Positions 8,007 through 17,514 of a stretch of 64,000 bases of DNA are shown here, piece after piece. The stretch is from an uncultured Enterobacterales bacterium. GTDB lineage: Bacteria; Myxococcota_A; UBA796; JAFGLY01. Every line of letters begins with the position of its first letter. Position 1 is the first letter of the stretch. The notes beneath the pieces are model-generated. The model did no database searches and was not told where the DNA came from. It worked only from the letters and a program-made list of their open reading frames with translations. The DNA lies in contig CAYZVO010000015.1 in the NCBI GenBank assembly GCA_964481655.1, forward strand, positions 789 to 64,788. The letters are read 5' to 3'. Made by a program: the position numbers and the translations under genes.

Positions 8007-11000
8007 ATGGACGTGCTCGAGCGCCGACACCAGCTCTTCCGCTCCCTGGTCGACCACCCCGTCGGGGTGTTGATGGTGTTCCTGGGGGCCGCGGTCTTCG
8101 GGCTGGTCTCCTACAACCGCCTGGCGCTCAACCTGATGCCGGACATCTCCTACCCCTCGGTCACGGTGCGCACCGAGGTGCCCGGCGCCGCGCCCGAAGA
8201 GGTCGAGGACCAGGTCAGCCGTCCGGTGGAAGAGGCCCTGGCCACCGTGCAGGGCCTGGTGGAGCTCGAGAGCCGCTCCCGGGCCGAGCTGTCCGACGTG
8301 GTGCTCGACTTCGGCTGGGGCACCGACATCGATCAGGCCGCCCAGGACGTGCGCGAGCGCCTGCAGACCACCTGGCTGCCCGACGAGGCCGAGCGCCCGC
8401 TGATCCTGCGCTACGACCCCAACCTCGAGCCCATCCTGCGCCTGTCCATCTCCACCGAGAGCCTGGAGACCTGGCGCGAGCGGAAGCTCGCGGAGCGCGC
8501 CCGCGCGGCCGAGCTGGCGGAGAAGATGGCCAAGGCCCAGGCCAAGCAGGCCAACAGCCCGCTGATGAAGCTGCTGGGTGCGGGCGGGGACGGCGAGGAC
8601 GCCGACGAGGACGCCGACGAGGCCGAGGCCGACGCCGATGATCTCGACGAGGTCGAAGAAGAGCCCCTGCCCGACTACCAGCCGGCGACCCTCTACGATC
8701 TGCGCGAGCTGGCCGAGCGGGAGATCAAGCCCATCCTCGAGGCCATGGACGGCGTGGCCGCGGCCAAGGTGCGCGGCGGGCTCGAGCGCCAGGTGCTCAT
8801 CGAGCTGCGCGAGGACTGGATGGCGGCCCGGGGGGTCACCCTCGAGCAGGTCCAGGCCGCGCTCATCGCCCAGAACGTCAACATCTCCGGTGGGTCCATC
8901 CGCGAGGGTGACACCGAGTACCTCATCCGCACCCTCAACCAGTTCGAGTCGGTGCAGGAGGTCCGCGACATCGAGCTGGTGCGCGCCGACGGCGCCAAGG
9001 TGCGGGTGGCGGATGTGGCCACGGTGCGCGAGGCCCACAAGGACCGGGAGGTGGTCAGCCACCTCGACGGGCGCGAGGCCGTGGAGCTCGAGATCCACCG
9101 CGAAGCCGACGCCAACATCGTCCAGGTGGCGCGCTCCGTGAAGTCCCGCCTGGGGCTCGACAAGGAGCCGGCGCCAGAGCTTCCCCCGGACATGGACCCC
9201 CAGATCCGGGCCATGATCCTGGGCCCCCCCAGCATCATCGACACCCTGCCCGAGGGCGTGGTGCTCGAGGTCCTGGACGACCAGGCCAGCTTCATCGAGG
9301 CCTCGCTCTCCAACCTCTTCTCCACCTTCCGGCTGGGCGCCGTGCTGTCGGTGGTGGTGCTGTTCCTGTTCCTGCGCAACTTCCGCGCCACCACCATCAT
9401 CGCCACCGCCATCCCCATCTCCGTGGTCTGCGCCTTCGCGCCCATGTACCTGGGGTCGGTGTCACTGAACCTCATGTCCCTGGGCGGGCTCGCCCTGGGC
9501 GTGGGCATGCTGGTCGACAACGCCGTGGTGGTGCTCGAGAGCATCCAGACCTGCCTCGATCGAGGCATGAGCCGCCGGGAGGCGGCCATCGAGGGCGTGG
9601 GCGAGGTGGCCGCGGCGGTCAGCGCCTCGACCCTCACCACGGTGGCGGTGTTCTTCCCCATCACCTTCGTCGAGGGTGTGGCCGGCGAGGTCTTCGGTGA
9701 CCTGGCCCTGGCCGTCGTCTTCTCCCTGCTGGCCTCGCTGGTGGTGGCGCTGTTCTTCGTGCCCATGCTGGCGGCCCGGGAGCTGAAGCGACCGGACCAC
9801 GCCCTGACCCTCGACGAGCTCAGCCCGGCGCTGAACTTCCCGTCCCTGCGGGAGTTCATGGCGTCGTGGCGGGCTGGCGTGGGCTGGCGCAAGATCTGGC
9901 GGCCCTACCTCATCGTCCGCATGGTGCTCCGGCTGGGCCTCGACGTCGTCACCGCCATCTTCATGGTGTTGGCGGGCTTCGGCGGCCGCGGCGCGGCCTG
10001 GATCGGCGCCCGGGTGCTGCCCCGCATCGCGGGGGCCGCGCTGTGGTTCGGCGAGCGCTTCGGCTCCCGCTACGATCGCTTCGCGGGCCGCTACGTCGGC
10101 TGGCTGGACAAGGCCCTCGCTCGCCCCGGCACCGTGCTGGGCGTGGCCATCATGCTGCTGCTGGTCAGCCTGGGGGCCATGAAGTCGCTGGGGGTCGAGC
10201 TCATCCCCCAAGTGCACCAGGGTCGCTTCGTGGCCGAGCTGGCCCTGCCGGTGGGCACGCCGCTGGAGCGCACGGTCAAGGTGGTGGAGCGAGCCGAGGA
10301 GCTCACCCGCAACCTCCCCGACATCGCCGGCGTGCACGCCACCATCGGCACCGAGCGCCGGGCCGACTCCGAGCCCGACGAGGGCGAGCACACCGCGCGC
10401 TTGCGCATCCAGCTCGAGCCTGGCGGTGGCCTGGCCGCCCGCGAGCGCGTCGCCATGGATCTGGTGCGCGACGCCCTGGCCGACCTGCCCGACACCGAGG
10501 TGCTGCTCGAGCGGCCTGCGCTGTTCAGCTTCCAGACCCCGGTCGAGGTGGTGATCACCGGCCAGGAGCTGCGCGACCTGCGCCTGCTCTCCGCCCAGGT
10601 GGAGCACGAGATCGGGTCGTTGTCCGGCATCCAGGACGTCTCATCGAGCCTGGTGCGCGGCTTCCCCGAGATCCGCATCCGCTACGACCGCACCCTGCTG
10701 GCGCACTACGGCCTCGACCTCTCCCAGGTCGCCCGGGCCGTGCGGAACAAGGTGCAGGGCGCGGCGGCCAAGGAGCTGGCCCAGGGCGAGCACCGCATCG
10801 ACATGCTGGTGCGCCTGGACGAACGAGACCGGGCCACCGTCGATCAGCTCCGGCGGCTCAACGTCAACCCCATGCTGATGCCCCCCATCCCCCTCGAGGC
10901 CGTGGCCACCCTCGAGGAAGCCGAGGGCCCCTCGGAGATCCGGCGCATCAACCAGCAGCGGGTCGCCGTGGTCACCGCCAATCTGGCGGGCTTCGACCTG

Positions 11001-11720
11001 GCCGGGGCGGGTGAGCGCATCACCCGCGCCCTGGGTGAGGTGGACTGGCCCGACGGCTTCGGCTTCGATCTGGCGGGCCAGAGCCGGGAGATGCAGGAGT
11101 CGCTCACCAGCCTGCGCTTCGCCCTGCTGCTGTCCATCTTCCTGGTCTACGCCATCATGGCGGGCACCTTCGAGCACCTGCTGCACCCCCTGGTCATCCT
11201 GGGCTCCCTGCCGCTGGCGGTGGTGGGTGTGGTGATGGTGCTGTGGCCCCTGGGCATCCCCATCTCGGTGGTGGTGCTCATCGGGTTCATCGTGCTGGCG
11301 GGCGTGGTGGTCAACAACGCCATCGTGCTCGTCGACGCCATCAACCGCAGGCGCAGGCTCGACGGCCTGTCGCGCACCAAGGCCATCCGCGAGGCCGGCC
11401 GCATCCGCCTGCGGCCCATCATGATCACCACGGCCACCACGGTGCTGGGCCTGCTGCCCCTGGCCATGGGCTTCGGCGAAGGCTCGGAGATCCAGCGGCC
11501 GCTGGCCATCACCATCATCGCGGGGCTCACCAGCTCCACCCTGCTCACGCTGCTGGTCATCCCGGTGCTCTACGACCAGGTGGTCAGCCGGGTGGAGGCC
11601 TGGCTGGGCCGCGACACCGTGGGCATCGCCGGCGGCGATCTCGACACGGCCGAGGTGCCCCGTCCAGGCAGCGCCGGCGACACGTTGGTCCCCAAGGACG
11701 AGCTGGGGGACAGCGCGTGA
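8007..11720 (+). CDS. efflux RND transporter permease subunit (AcrB/MdtB-like), pump 1
   Basis: 1237 aa. Typical RND blocks (LAVVFSLLASLVVALFFVPMLA, GFIVLAGVVVNNAIVLVDAIN, LRPIMITTATTVLGLLPLA). It has an atypical acidic insertion in the first periplasmic loop (nt ~8457-8690). Confidence 0.9.
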   Translation: MDVLERRHQLFRSLVDHPVGVLMVFLGAAVFGLVSYNRLALNLMPDISYPSVTVRTEVPGAAPEEVEDQVSRPVEEALATVQGLVELESRSRAELSDVVLDFGWGTDIDQAAQDVRERLQTTWLPDEAERPLILRYDPNLEPILRLSISTESLETWRERKLAERARAAELAEKMAKAQAKQANSPLMKLLGAGGDGEDADEDADEAEADADDLDEVEEEPLPDYQPATLYDLRELAEREIKPILEAMDGVAAAKVRGGLERQVLIELREDWMAARGVTLEQVQAALIAQNVNISGGSIREGDTEYLIRTLNQFESVQEVRDIELVRADGAKVRVADVATVREAHKDREVVSHLDGREAVELEIHREADANIVQVARSVKSRLGLDKEPAPELPPDMDPQIRAMILGPPSIIDTLPEGVVLEVLDDQASFIEASLSNLFSTFRLGAVLSVVVLFLFLRNFRATTIIATAIPISVVCAFAPMYLGSVSLNLMSLGGLALGVGMLVDNAVVVLESIQTCLDRGMSRREAAIEGVGEVAAAVSASTLTTVAVFFPITFVEGVAGEVFGDLALAVVFSLLASLVVALFFVPMLAARELKRPDHALTLDELSPALNFPSLREFMASWRAGVGWRKIWRPYLIVRMVLRLGLDVVTAIFMVLAGFGGRGAAWIGARVLPRIAGAALWFGERFGSRYDRFAGRYVGWLDKALARPGTVLGVAIMLLLVSLGAMKSLGVELIPQVHQGRFVAELALPVGTPLERTVKVVERAEELTRNLPDIAGVHATIGTERRADSEPDEGEHTARLRIQLEPGGGLAARERVAMDLVRDALADLPDTEVLLERPALFSFQTPVEVVITGQELRDLRLLSAQVEHEIGSLSGIQDVSSSLVRGFPEIRIRYDRTLLAHYGLDLSQVARAVRNKVQGAAAKELAQGEHRIDMLVRLDERDRATVDQLRRLNVNPMLMPPIPLEAVATLEEAEGPSEIRRINQQRVAVVTANLAGFDLAGAGERITRALGEVDWPDGFGFDLAGQSREMQESLTSLRFALLLSIFLVYAIMAGTFEHLLHPLVILGSLPLAVVGVVMVLWPLGIPISVVVLIGFIVLAGVVVNNAIVLVDAINRRRRLDGLSRTKAIREAGRIRLRPIMITTATTVLGLLPLAMGFGEGSEIQRPLAITIIAGLTSSTLLTLLVIPVLYDQVVSRVEAWLGRDTVGIAGGDLDTAEVPRPGSAGDTLVPKDELGDSA

Positions 11721-14700
11721 ACCGCTGGCTGCCCAGCTTCGCCGTCACCAAGCCGGTCACGGTCATCATGGCCTTCGTGGCCTTGTGCGTGCTGGGCAGC
11801 ATCGCCTGGAGCCGCATCCCGCTGGACATGTTCCCGCCGGGCTTCAACGCTCCGTACATCTGGATCTGGGTCCCCTTCCGCAACACCACGCCCCTCGAGA
11901 CCGAGGAGCGCATCGTCCACCCCATGGAGGAGCAGCTCGCCACCGTGGGGGGCATCAAGAACTTGTACTCGAGGGCCAACACCACCGGCGGCTCGGTGGA
12001 GCTGGAGTTCCACCAGAGCGTCGACATGTCCGACGCCTACAACCAGGTCGTGGATCGCATGGAGCGGGCCATGGCCGAGCTGCCCGACGAGGTGGAGCGC
12101 TACTGGGTGTTCCGCTGGAACCCGGCGGACGAGGCCAAGATCTGGGTAGGCTTCACGGTCCCCGAGCACCTCGAGGACCCCTACCCCTACGTGGTCCAGC
12201 GCATCCAGCGGCCCCTCGAGCGCATCGAGGGGGTGGGCCAGGTCGAGGTCTGGGGCGTGCACCAGAAGTCGGTGTGGGTGGACTTCGATCGGGAAGCCCT
12301 GGCCGCCTACGGGGTCGACATCGGCACCCTGCTGGGCAAGCTGCGGGGCGACAACTTCCAGCTGTCCGGTGGCCGCATCACCGAGAGGGGGTCCCTGCGC
12401 TATCTGCGCTCCCTGGCACGCTTCGAGGACCTCGACGCCATGCGGGACTACCCCGTGCGGCCTGGGCTGAAGCTGTCGGACGTGGCCGAGGTGAGCTACC
12501 GCTCCGAGCCCGACGACACCATCCACAGCATCAACGGACAAGACGCAGCGGTGCTGGGGGTCACCGCCGAGAGCGGGGCCAACACCGTGTCCATGTGCCA
12601 ACAGGTGCGGGAGATCCTGGCCGAGCTCGAGGGCCAGTCGGATCTCGAGGGCTTCGAGTTCTTCCCGCTGTTCGACCAGGGAGAGCAGATCGAGCAGTCC
12701 ATCGGCACCCTCGAGGACACGGCGCTGCAAGGGGGTTTCTTCGCGCTCATTGTGCTGTTCGTGTTCCTGCGCGAGTGGCGCATGACCCTGCTGATCGCGG
12801 GCTGCATCCCCTTCTCCCTGCTGCTCACCGTGGTGGCCCTGTACTTCACGGGGGGCAACCTCAACCTGCTGTCCATGGCCGGGATGATGATCGCCGTGGG
12901 CATGGTGGTCGACAACGCGATCGTGGTGGTGGAGACCATCTTCAAGTCGAGACAGGAGGGGCTGGGCCGCAAGGCCGCGGCGGTCGCGGGCACCGCCGAG
13001 GTGGCCCTGGCCATCACCCTGTCCACCATGACCACCATGGTGGTCTTCCTGCCCATCATCCTGATGAGCGAGGACGCCATGTTCTCGTTCTTCATGAAGG
13101 CCCTGGGGCTGCCGGTGGTCTGGGCCCTGGGCGCCAGCCTGCTGGTGGCGCTCGTCTTCACCCCGCTGACCACCACCTTCCTCGAGAGCAAGCGCATCGT
13201 GGCCGACGCCCGCTGGCTGGTGTGGCTGTCCGGGTACTACACGCGGGCCCTGCGCTGGGTGCTGTCCCGTCGCTTCGACGCCATGCTGGGGGTGATCGCG
13301 GTGATCGTGGTGACCACCCAGGTGCCCATGAAGGCGGTGGGCTGCAGCGAGGGCAACGACGGCGAGGTGGGGGAGTTCCAGCTGCGCTTCGAGCTGCCCG
13401 CGGTGATGACCCAGGCCGAGCGGGCCGATGTCGTGGGCGCCATCGAGGGCATGGTCAACGACAACTGGGACGAGTGGGGCGTGGTGTTCACCCGCACCCG
13501 GCTGCGCGAGGGGCGCACCTCGGGCTGGACCCAGGTCTCGCTCAAGGACAAGAAGGAGTGGCCGGACGACGCGCTGCCCCGGGACGAGATCCTGAAGGAC
13601 GTGCGCAAGAAGCTCCCCGATCTGCCCGGCGTGCGCACGCGGCTGGGCTGGGGTGATGATCCCATGGGCAACCGCACCATCGGGGTGCGCCTGTTCGGCG
13701 AGGAGACCGAGGTCCTCGAAGAGCTCTCCCAGGAAGTGGCGCGGCGCCTCGAGGCGCAGCCCGCGTTCCTGTCGGCCTACACCAGCGACGACACAGAAGG
13801 CTCCCAGGAGATCCGGCTCGAGGTCGACCGCGACGCTTTGACCCGCCACGGCATGGACGCCTCCAGCATCGGCGGCTCCCTGGCCTTCGCGATGCGGGGC
13901 ATCGACCTGCCCGAGATGTGGGACAACGGCCGCGACGTGGGGGTCAAGGCCCGCTTCCAGGAAGCCGATCGCGACGACTTGGACACCCTGCTGGACTTCC
14001 CCATCTACGGCCGGGACGGCACCGCGGTGCCCATCCGGGCGGTCACCAGCTCCGAGGTCGCCAAGGGCTGGGGCTCCATCCACCGCGATCAGCGGCGCAC
14101 CGGGCTGACCGTGCAGGTGGACCTGGCAGAGGGCGTGGAGACCCACGCCGCCTTCGGGGTCATCGAGCAGACCTTGAGCCAGTTCGACTTCCCCCGGGGC
14201 TACGGCTGGAACCAGGGCAACAAGTTCCTCGAGCAGCAGGAGAGCGACAACGCGCAGCAGTTCGCGCTGTTGCTCAGCGTGGTGCTGGTGTTCTTGCTCA
14301 TGGGCGTGCTCTTCGAGAGCTTCATCCTGCCCTTGAGCGTCATCACCACCGTGCCCATGGCCCTGCTGGGGGTCTACTGGACCCTCTACATCACCGACAC
14401 ACCGCTGGATCTCATGGCGGGCATCGGCCTGGTCGTGCTCATCGGGGTGGTGGTCAACAACGGCATCGTGCTCGTGGATCTGGTCACCAGGCTCCGGAGC
14501 CAGGGTGTGGAGCGCACCGACGCGCTCATCCAGGCCGGGCAGCGTCGCCTGCGCCCCATCCTCATGACCGCCATGACCACCTTCTTCGGGCTGCTGCCCA
14601 TGGCCTTGGGGCGGTCCACCTTCCTGGACATCCCGTATTCGCCGCTGGGTCGCGTCGTGGCGGGTGGCCTGGCCACCGCCACCGTGCTCACACTGTTCTT

Positions 14701-14800
14701 CGTGCCCCTGCTGTACACTCTGCTGGACGACATGCGGGCCGCCAGCCGCCGCTGGTTCGCCTTCGCCTGGCCCGCCGAGAGGGAGGCCTCCTCCAAATGA
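11717..14800 (+). CDS. efflux RND transporter permease subunit (MdtC-like), pump 2
   Basis: GTG 11717 overlaps the TGA of pump 1 (GTGA). It begins VNRWLPSFAVTKPVTVIMAF. RND blocks: MVVDNAIVVVE, VVNNGIVLVDLV, LRPILMTAMTTFFGLLPMA. The earlier part of track ORF 11243..14800 is an alternate frame of pump 1. Confidence 0.9.
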   Translation: MNRWLPSFAVTKPVTVIMAFVALCVLGSIAWSRIPLDMFPPGFNAPYIWIWVPFRNTTPLETEERIVHPMEEQLATVGGIKNLYSRANTTGGSVELEFHQSVDMSDAYNQVVDRMERAMAELPDEVERYWVFRWNPADEAKIWVGFTVPEHLEDPYPYVVQRIQRPLERIEGVGQVEVWGVHQKSVWVDFDREALAAYGVDIGTLLGKLRGDNFQLSGGRITERGSLRYLRSLARFEDLDAMRDYPVRPGLKLSDVAEVSYRSEPDDTIHSINGQDAAVLGVTAESGANTVSMCQQVREILAELEGQSDLEGFEFFPLFDQGEQIEQSIGTLEDTALQGGFFALIVLFVFLREWRMTLLIAGCIPFSLLLTVVALYFTGGNLNLLSMAGMMIAVGMVVDNAIVVVETIFKSRQEGLGRKAAAVAGTAEVALAITLSTMTTMVVFLPIILMSEDAMFSFFMKALGLPVVWALGASLLVALVFTPLTTTFLESKRIVADARWLVWLSGYYTRALRWVLSRRFDAMLGVIAVIVVTTQVPMKAVGCSEGNDGEVGEFQLRFELPAVMTQAERADVVGAIEGMVNDNWDEWGVVFTRTRLREGRTSGWTQVSLKDKKEWPDDALPRDEILKDVRKKLPDLPGVRTRLGWGDDPMGNRTIGVRLFGEETEVLEELSQEVARRLEAQPAFLSAYTSDDTEGSQEIRLEVDRDALTRHGMDASSIGGSLAFAMRGIDLPEMWDNGRDVGVKARFQEADRDDLDTLLDFPIYGRDGTAVPIRAVTSSEVAKGWGSIHRDQRRTGLTVQVDLAEGVETHAAFGVIEQTLSQFDFPRGYGWNQGNKFLEQQESDNAQQFALLLSVVLVFLLMGVLFESFILPLSVITTVPMALLGVYWTLYITDTPLDLMAGIGLVVLIGVVVNNGIVLVDLVTRLRSQGVERTDALIQAGQRRLRPILMTAMTTFFGLLPMALGRSTFLDIPYSPLGRVVAGGLATATVLTLFFVPLLYTLLDDMRAASRRWFAFAWPAEREASSK

Positions 14801-16242
14801 CCCCTGTGCTCCTGCTCGCCCTGATCGCCGCGGCGCCCCACGCCGCCGAGCTGTCCTACACCCAGGCCCTCGAGGATGCGCTGGCGCGCAACCCCACCTT
14901 GATCCAGGCCGAGGCCAGCCTGCTGTCTTCGGAGGGCTCGCTGGTGTCGGCCCGTGGGACCTTCGATCCCTACCTGAACCTGGGCGCCACCCACTCCACC
15001 TCGATCTCGGAGAGCTTCAGCCAGTTCGGACAGGTCGCCTCGGAGACGGACCGCAACGGCTTCAACACCACCCTGAGCCAGTACCTGCCCACGGGCACCT
15101 CCATGAGCCTGGACTGGTCGGTGGACAGCTCCACCTACCTCTACGAGCTGCTCGAGAGCGGCATGACCTTCGAGATGGAGGAGCCCCAGCGCTTCAGCAC
15201 CCTGTCGGCCAGCGTCAGCCAGAGCCTGCTGCAGGGCCACCGCATGGCCTACAACCTGCAGGCTGTGCACGAGGCCGAGCGCTCCGTGACCCGGGCGGAG
15301 GCCACCCTGGCCGCCACGCGCCTGCAGGTCGTGGCCGACACCGCGGCGGCCTATTGGTCGCTGCACACCATGGCCGAGTTCGAGGACATCGCCCGCCAGG
15401 CGCTGGCCGTGGCCGAAGAAGAGGGTCGCGTCGTGCAGGCCATGGTCGATGCCGGGCAGCTCGCCCCCGTCGAGGCCACCCGGGTCCAGGCGGCGGTGGT
15501 GCAGTCCCGCAGCGCCCTGATCGAGGCGGAGCACAGTCATCGGGTCGCCTCGGAGGCCCTGGCCCAACTGCTGGGCGCCGATCCCGCGGAGCTCATCCAG
15601 GCCGGCAGCGTGCCCGAACCGCCGGTGGCGATGAGTCTGGACGAGGGACGCGTGATCGAGGCGGCGCTCGAGGGCAACCCCGACCTGCTCGTCTACCGCT
15701 CGAGCGTGGACTCCGCGAAGGTGGCTGTGGCCAACGCCAAGCACGCCCGGCTGCCCGAGCTCGCCCTGACCGGCGGCTTCGGGGTCAACGGCTACGACCC
15801 GTCGTTCAACGAGGCCTTCTCCGAGATGTTCAGCGGCGACCTGCGCTTCTGGAGCGTGGGGGCCGATCTGTCGGTCCCTCTGGGCAACCGCGCCGATCGA
15901 GGCTCGGTGCAGCAGGCCGAGGCGGCCTACACGCAGGCTCAGCAGCAGCTCGAGGTCATGCAGCGCTCGGTGTCCGCCCAGGTGCTGGCCCAGGTGCGCA
16001 ACGTCGAGGCCGGCCTGGTGCAGGTGGAGCTGGCCGAGGTGAACGTCGAGCTGGCCGAAGCCACCCTGGCCGCCGAGAAGGCCAAGCAGCGCGAAGGTCG
16101 CGCGATCCAGAAGGACGTGCTCGAGGCCCAGCGCGCCTACAGCAACGCCCAGGCCAGCCTGGTGCTCGCCCGCACCGACTATGTGCTGGCGCTGGTGGAG
16201 CTGGGCCGCCTGCAGGGCCGGATCGAAGGCGTGGCGCGCTAG
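14797..16242 (+). CDS. TolC family outer membrane efflux protein
   Basis: ATG 14797 overlaps the upstream TGA (ATGA). Signal peptide MTPVLLLALIAAAPHA. Starts LSYTQALEDALARNPTL, followed by repeated coiled-coil / beta segments typical of outer membrane factor (OMF) proteins. Confidence 0.85.
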   Translation: MTPVLLLALIAAAPHAAELSYTQALEDALARNPTLIQAEASLLSSEGSLVSARGTFDPYLNLGATHSTSISESFSQFGQVASETDRNGFNTTLSQYLPTGTSMSLDWSVDSSTYLYELLESGMTFEMEEPQRFSTLSASVSQSLLQGHRMAYNLQAVHEAERSVTRAEATLAATRLQVVADTAAAYWSLHTMAEFEDIARQALAVAEEEGRVVQAMVDAGQLAPVEATRVQAAVVQSRSALIEAEHSHRVASEALAQLLGADPAELIQAGSVPEPPVAMSLDEGRVIEAALEGNPDLLVYRSSVDSAKVAVANAKHARLPELALTGGFGVNGYDPSFNEAFSEMFSGDLRFWSVGADLSVPLGNRADRGSVQQAEAAYTQAQQQLEVMQRSVSAQVLAQVRNVEAGLVQVELAEVNVELAEATLAAEKAKQREGRAIQKDVLEAQRAYSNAQASLVLARTDYVLALVELGRLQGRIEGVAR

Positions 16243-16323
16243 CCGGGGCGTGTGACCCCTCCCTGACCCCTCATCGGCCTTGGCGGCCCGATATCCACGC
16301 TGCGTCATCGCCGGGGTCCCGCC

Positions 16324-16581
16324 ATGTCCACCAGTCGCCGCCTCAACATTCCGCTCTCCGTTCTCATCGCCCTGAGCGTGGCCTGCGGGCTCAGCGGTGT
16401 CGGTGGGGTGGTCGGGCTCGCGGTGGATCCGTCGGCGTCGGCCGAGCCCGCCGCGGCCTCGGTGCAGGACCCGGGTTGTGAGGCGGTGGCCATGGTCTCC
16501 CCCCGCGTGCGGGCCCAGGCCGCGCCGCCATGCGAGCAGACCGAGCTCAGCACCCGCTTCGGCAAGGCCCGGGTGCGCTGA
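16324..16581 (+). CDS. small hypothetical secreted protein or lipoprotein
   Basis: 85-aa ORF with hydrophobic N-terminus LSVLIALSVACG and mostly GC-rich third positions. No strong RBS. It abuts the convergent gene's stop. Confidence 0.4.
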   Translation: MSTSRRLNIPLSVLIALSVACGLSGVGGVVGLAVDPSASAEPAAASVQDPGCEAVAMVSPRVRAQAAPPCEQTELSTRFGKARVR

Positions 16582-17439
16582 CTACCGCTCCGCCACGAAC
16601 CAGTCCGGGATCGCGACGGGGGCGTCCTCGAGCCAGCCGTGGTGGACCTCGGGCTCCACGATGACCTCGGTGGGGGTGCCCTGGGCCTCCAGGGCTTCCT
16701 GGTAGAGCCACATGGTGTCCACGGGGACCACCTCGTCCTGCTCACCGTGGAGGAAGAGGGTCGGTGGGTGATCGGCGGGGAGGGCGACCGGGAGGGCGCA
16801 GGCCACGCCACCGCAGGTGGCCCAGCTCGCGCTCTGGATGGCCAGGGCTCGGAACGCGCCCGGGTAGGACAGCGCCATGCGGCTGCTCATGTAGCCGCCG
16901 CTCGAGATGCCCGTGGCGAACAGGCTGCCGGGGTCGAGGGGGCCCAGTTCGCCGGCGTCGACACCGTCCAGCAGCCCCTGCACCAGCAGGTGGTCGCGGG
17001 AGCGGTCCCAGGTGTAGGCCCAGGGCAGCACGTTGGTGTCCCACCAGGTGGCGTCCAGGCGGGTGGCCGGCGCGATCACCGCGAACCCCTCATCCAGCAG
17101 CGACGCGGTGAGGCGAGCCTGCCACCAGCCACCCCAGGCGTCGTCCACAGCGGCCTCGAAGCTGTGGATGCTGCCGTGGCCGGTGCCCTGGAACACCACC
17201 ACCGCGGGCCAGCCGGCCTCGGGAGGCTCCCCCGGGGGCAGCTGCCAGCGCACCCTGCGGCTGACGCGCCCGTCGCGGAAGCGACTGACGATGTGCTCGC
17301 AGCGGATGGTGGCGCCGTCGTCGGTGCAGGCCCGCTCCGGGCCCGCGCTGGGGGGCTCGGCCTGCGGGTGCTCCCAGCCGGAGCCGCCGGAGCAGCCGGC
17401 CACCAGCGCGACGACCATCGAGAGCGTGATGTGGGTCAT
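16582..17439 (-). CDS. alpha/beta hydrolase, PHB-depolymerase/LpqC-like esterase, lipoprotein
   Basis: GGAG RBS then ATG 17439. MTHITLSMVVALVAGCSGG lipobox. Nucleophile elbow GISSGGYM. C-terminal LFLHGEQDEVV ... HHGW is typical of the family. Confidence 0.75.
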   Translation of the reverse strand: MTHITLSMVVALVAGCSGGSGWEHPQAEPPSAGPERACTDDGATIRCEHIVSRFRDGRVSRRVRWQLPPGEPPEAGWPAVVVFQGTGHGSIHSFEAAVDDAWGGWWQARLTASLLDEGFAVIAPATRLDATWWDTNVLPWAYTWDRSRDHLLVQGLLDGVDAGELGPLDPGSLFATGISSGGYMSSRMALSYPGAFRALAIQSASWATCGGVACALPVALPADHPPTLFLHGEQDEVVPVDTMWLYQEALEAQGTPTEVIVEPEVHHGWLEDAPVAIPDWFVAER

Positions 17440-17471
17440 GGCTCCAGCATAGCCCGGCGCTGGCCGCGGGA

Positions 17472-17487
17472 GATAACACCCGTTATC
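17472..17487. promoter_or_regulatory. candidate TetR operator (perfect inverted repeat)
   Basis: GATAAC-ACCC-GTTATC lies in the 75-nt divergent intergenic region, 28 nt upstream of the TetR start codon. It is AT-rich relative to its surroundings. Confidence 0.45.
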
Positions 17488-17514
17488 GAACACCCGTCAC
17501 ACAAGGAGCACATC

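Noticed and set aside
6624-9098. 824-aa minus-strand ORF antisense to the RND adaptor and pump 1
   Set aside because: It is entirely antisense to genes with clear family motifs. The product is Gly/Leu/Val/His/Asp-rich low-information sequence, typical of open antisense frames in ~70% GC DNA. It has no RBS or motif.
11570-14146. 858-aa minus-strand ORF antisense to RND pump 2
   Set aside because: Same reasoning. It overlaps a confidently assigned RND permease and has a biased composition (G/H/A/L/P/Q/R/V).
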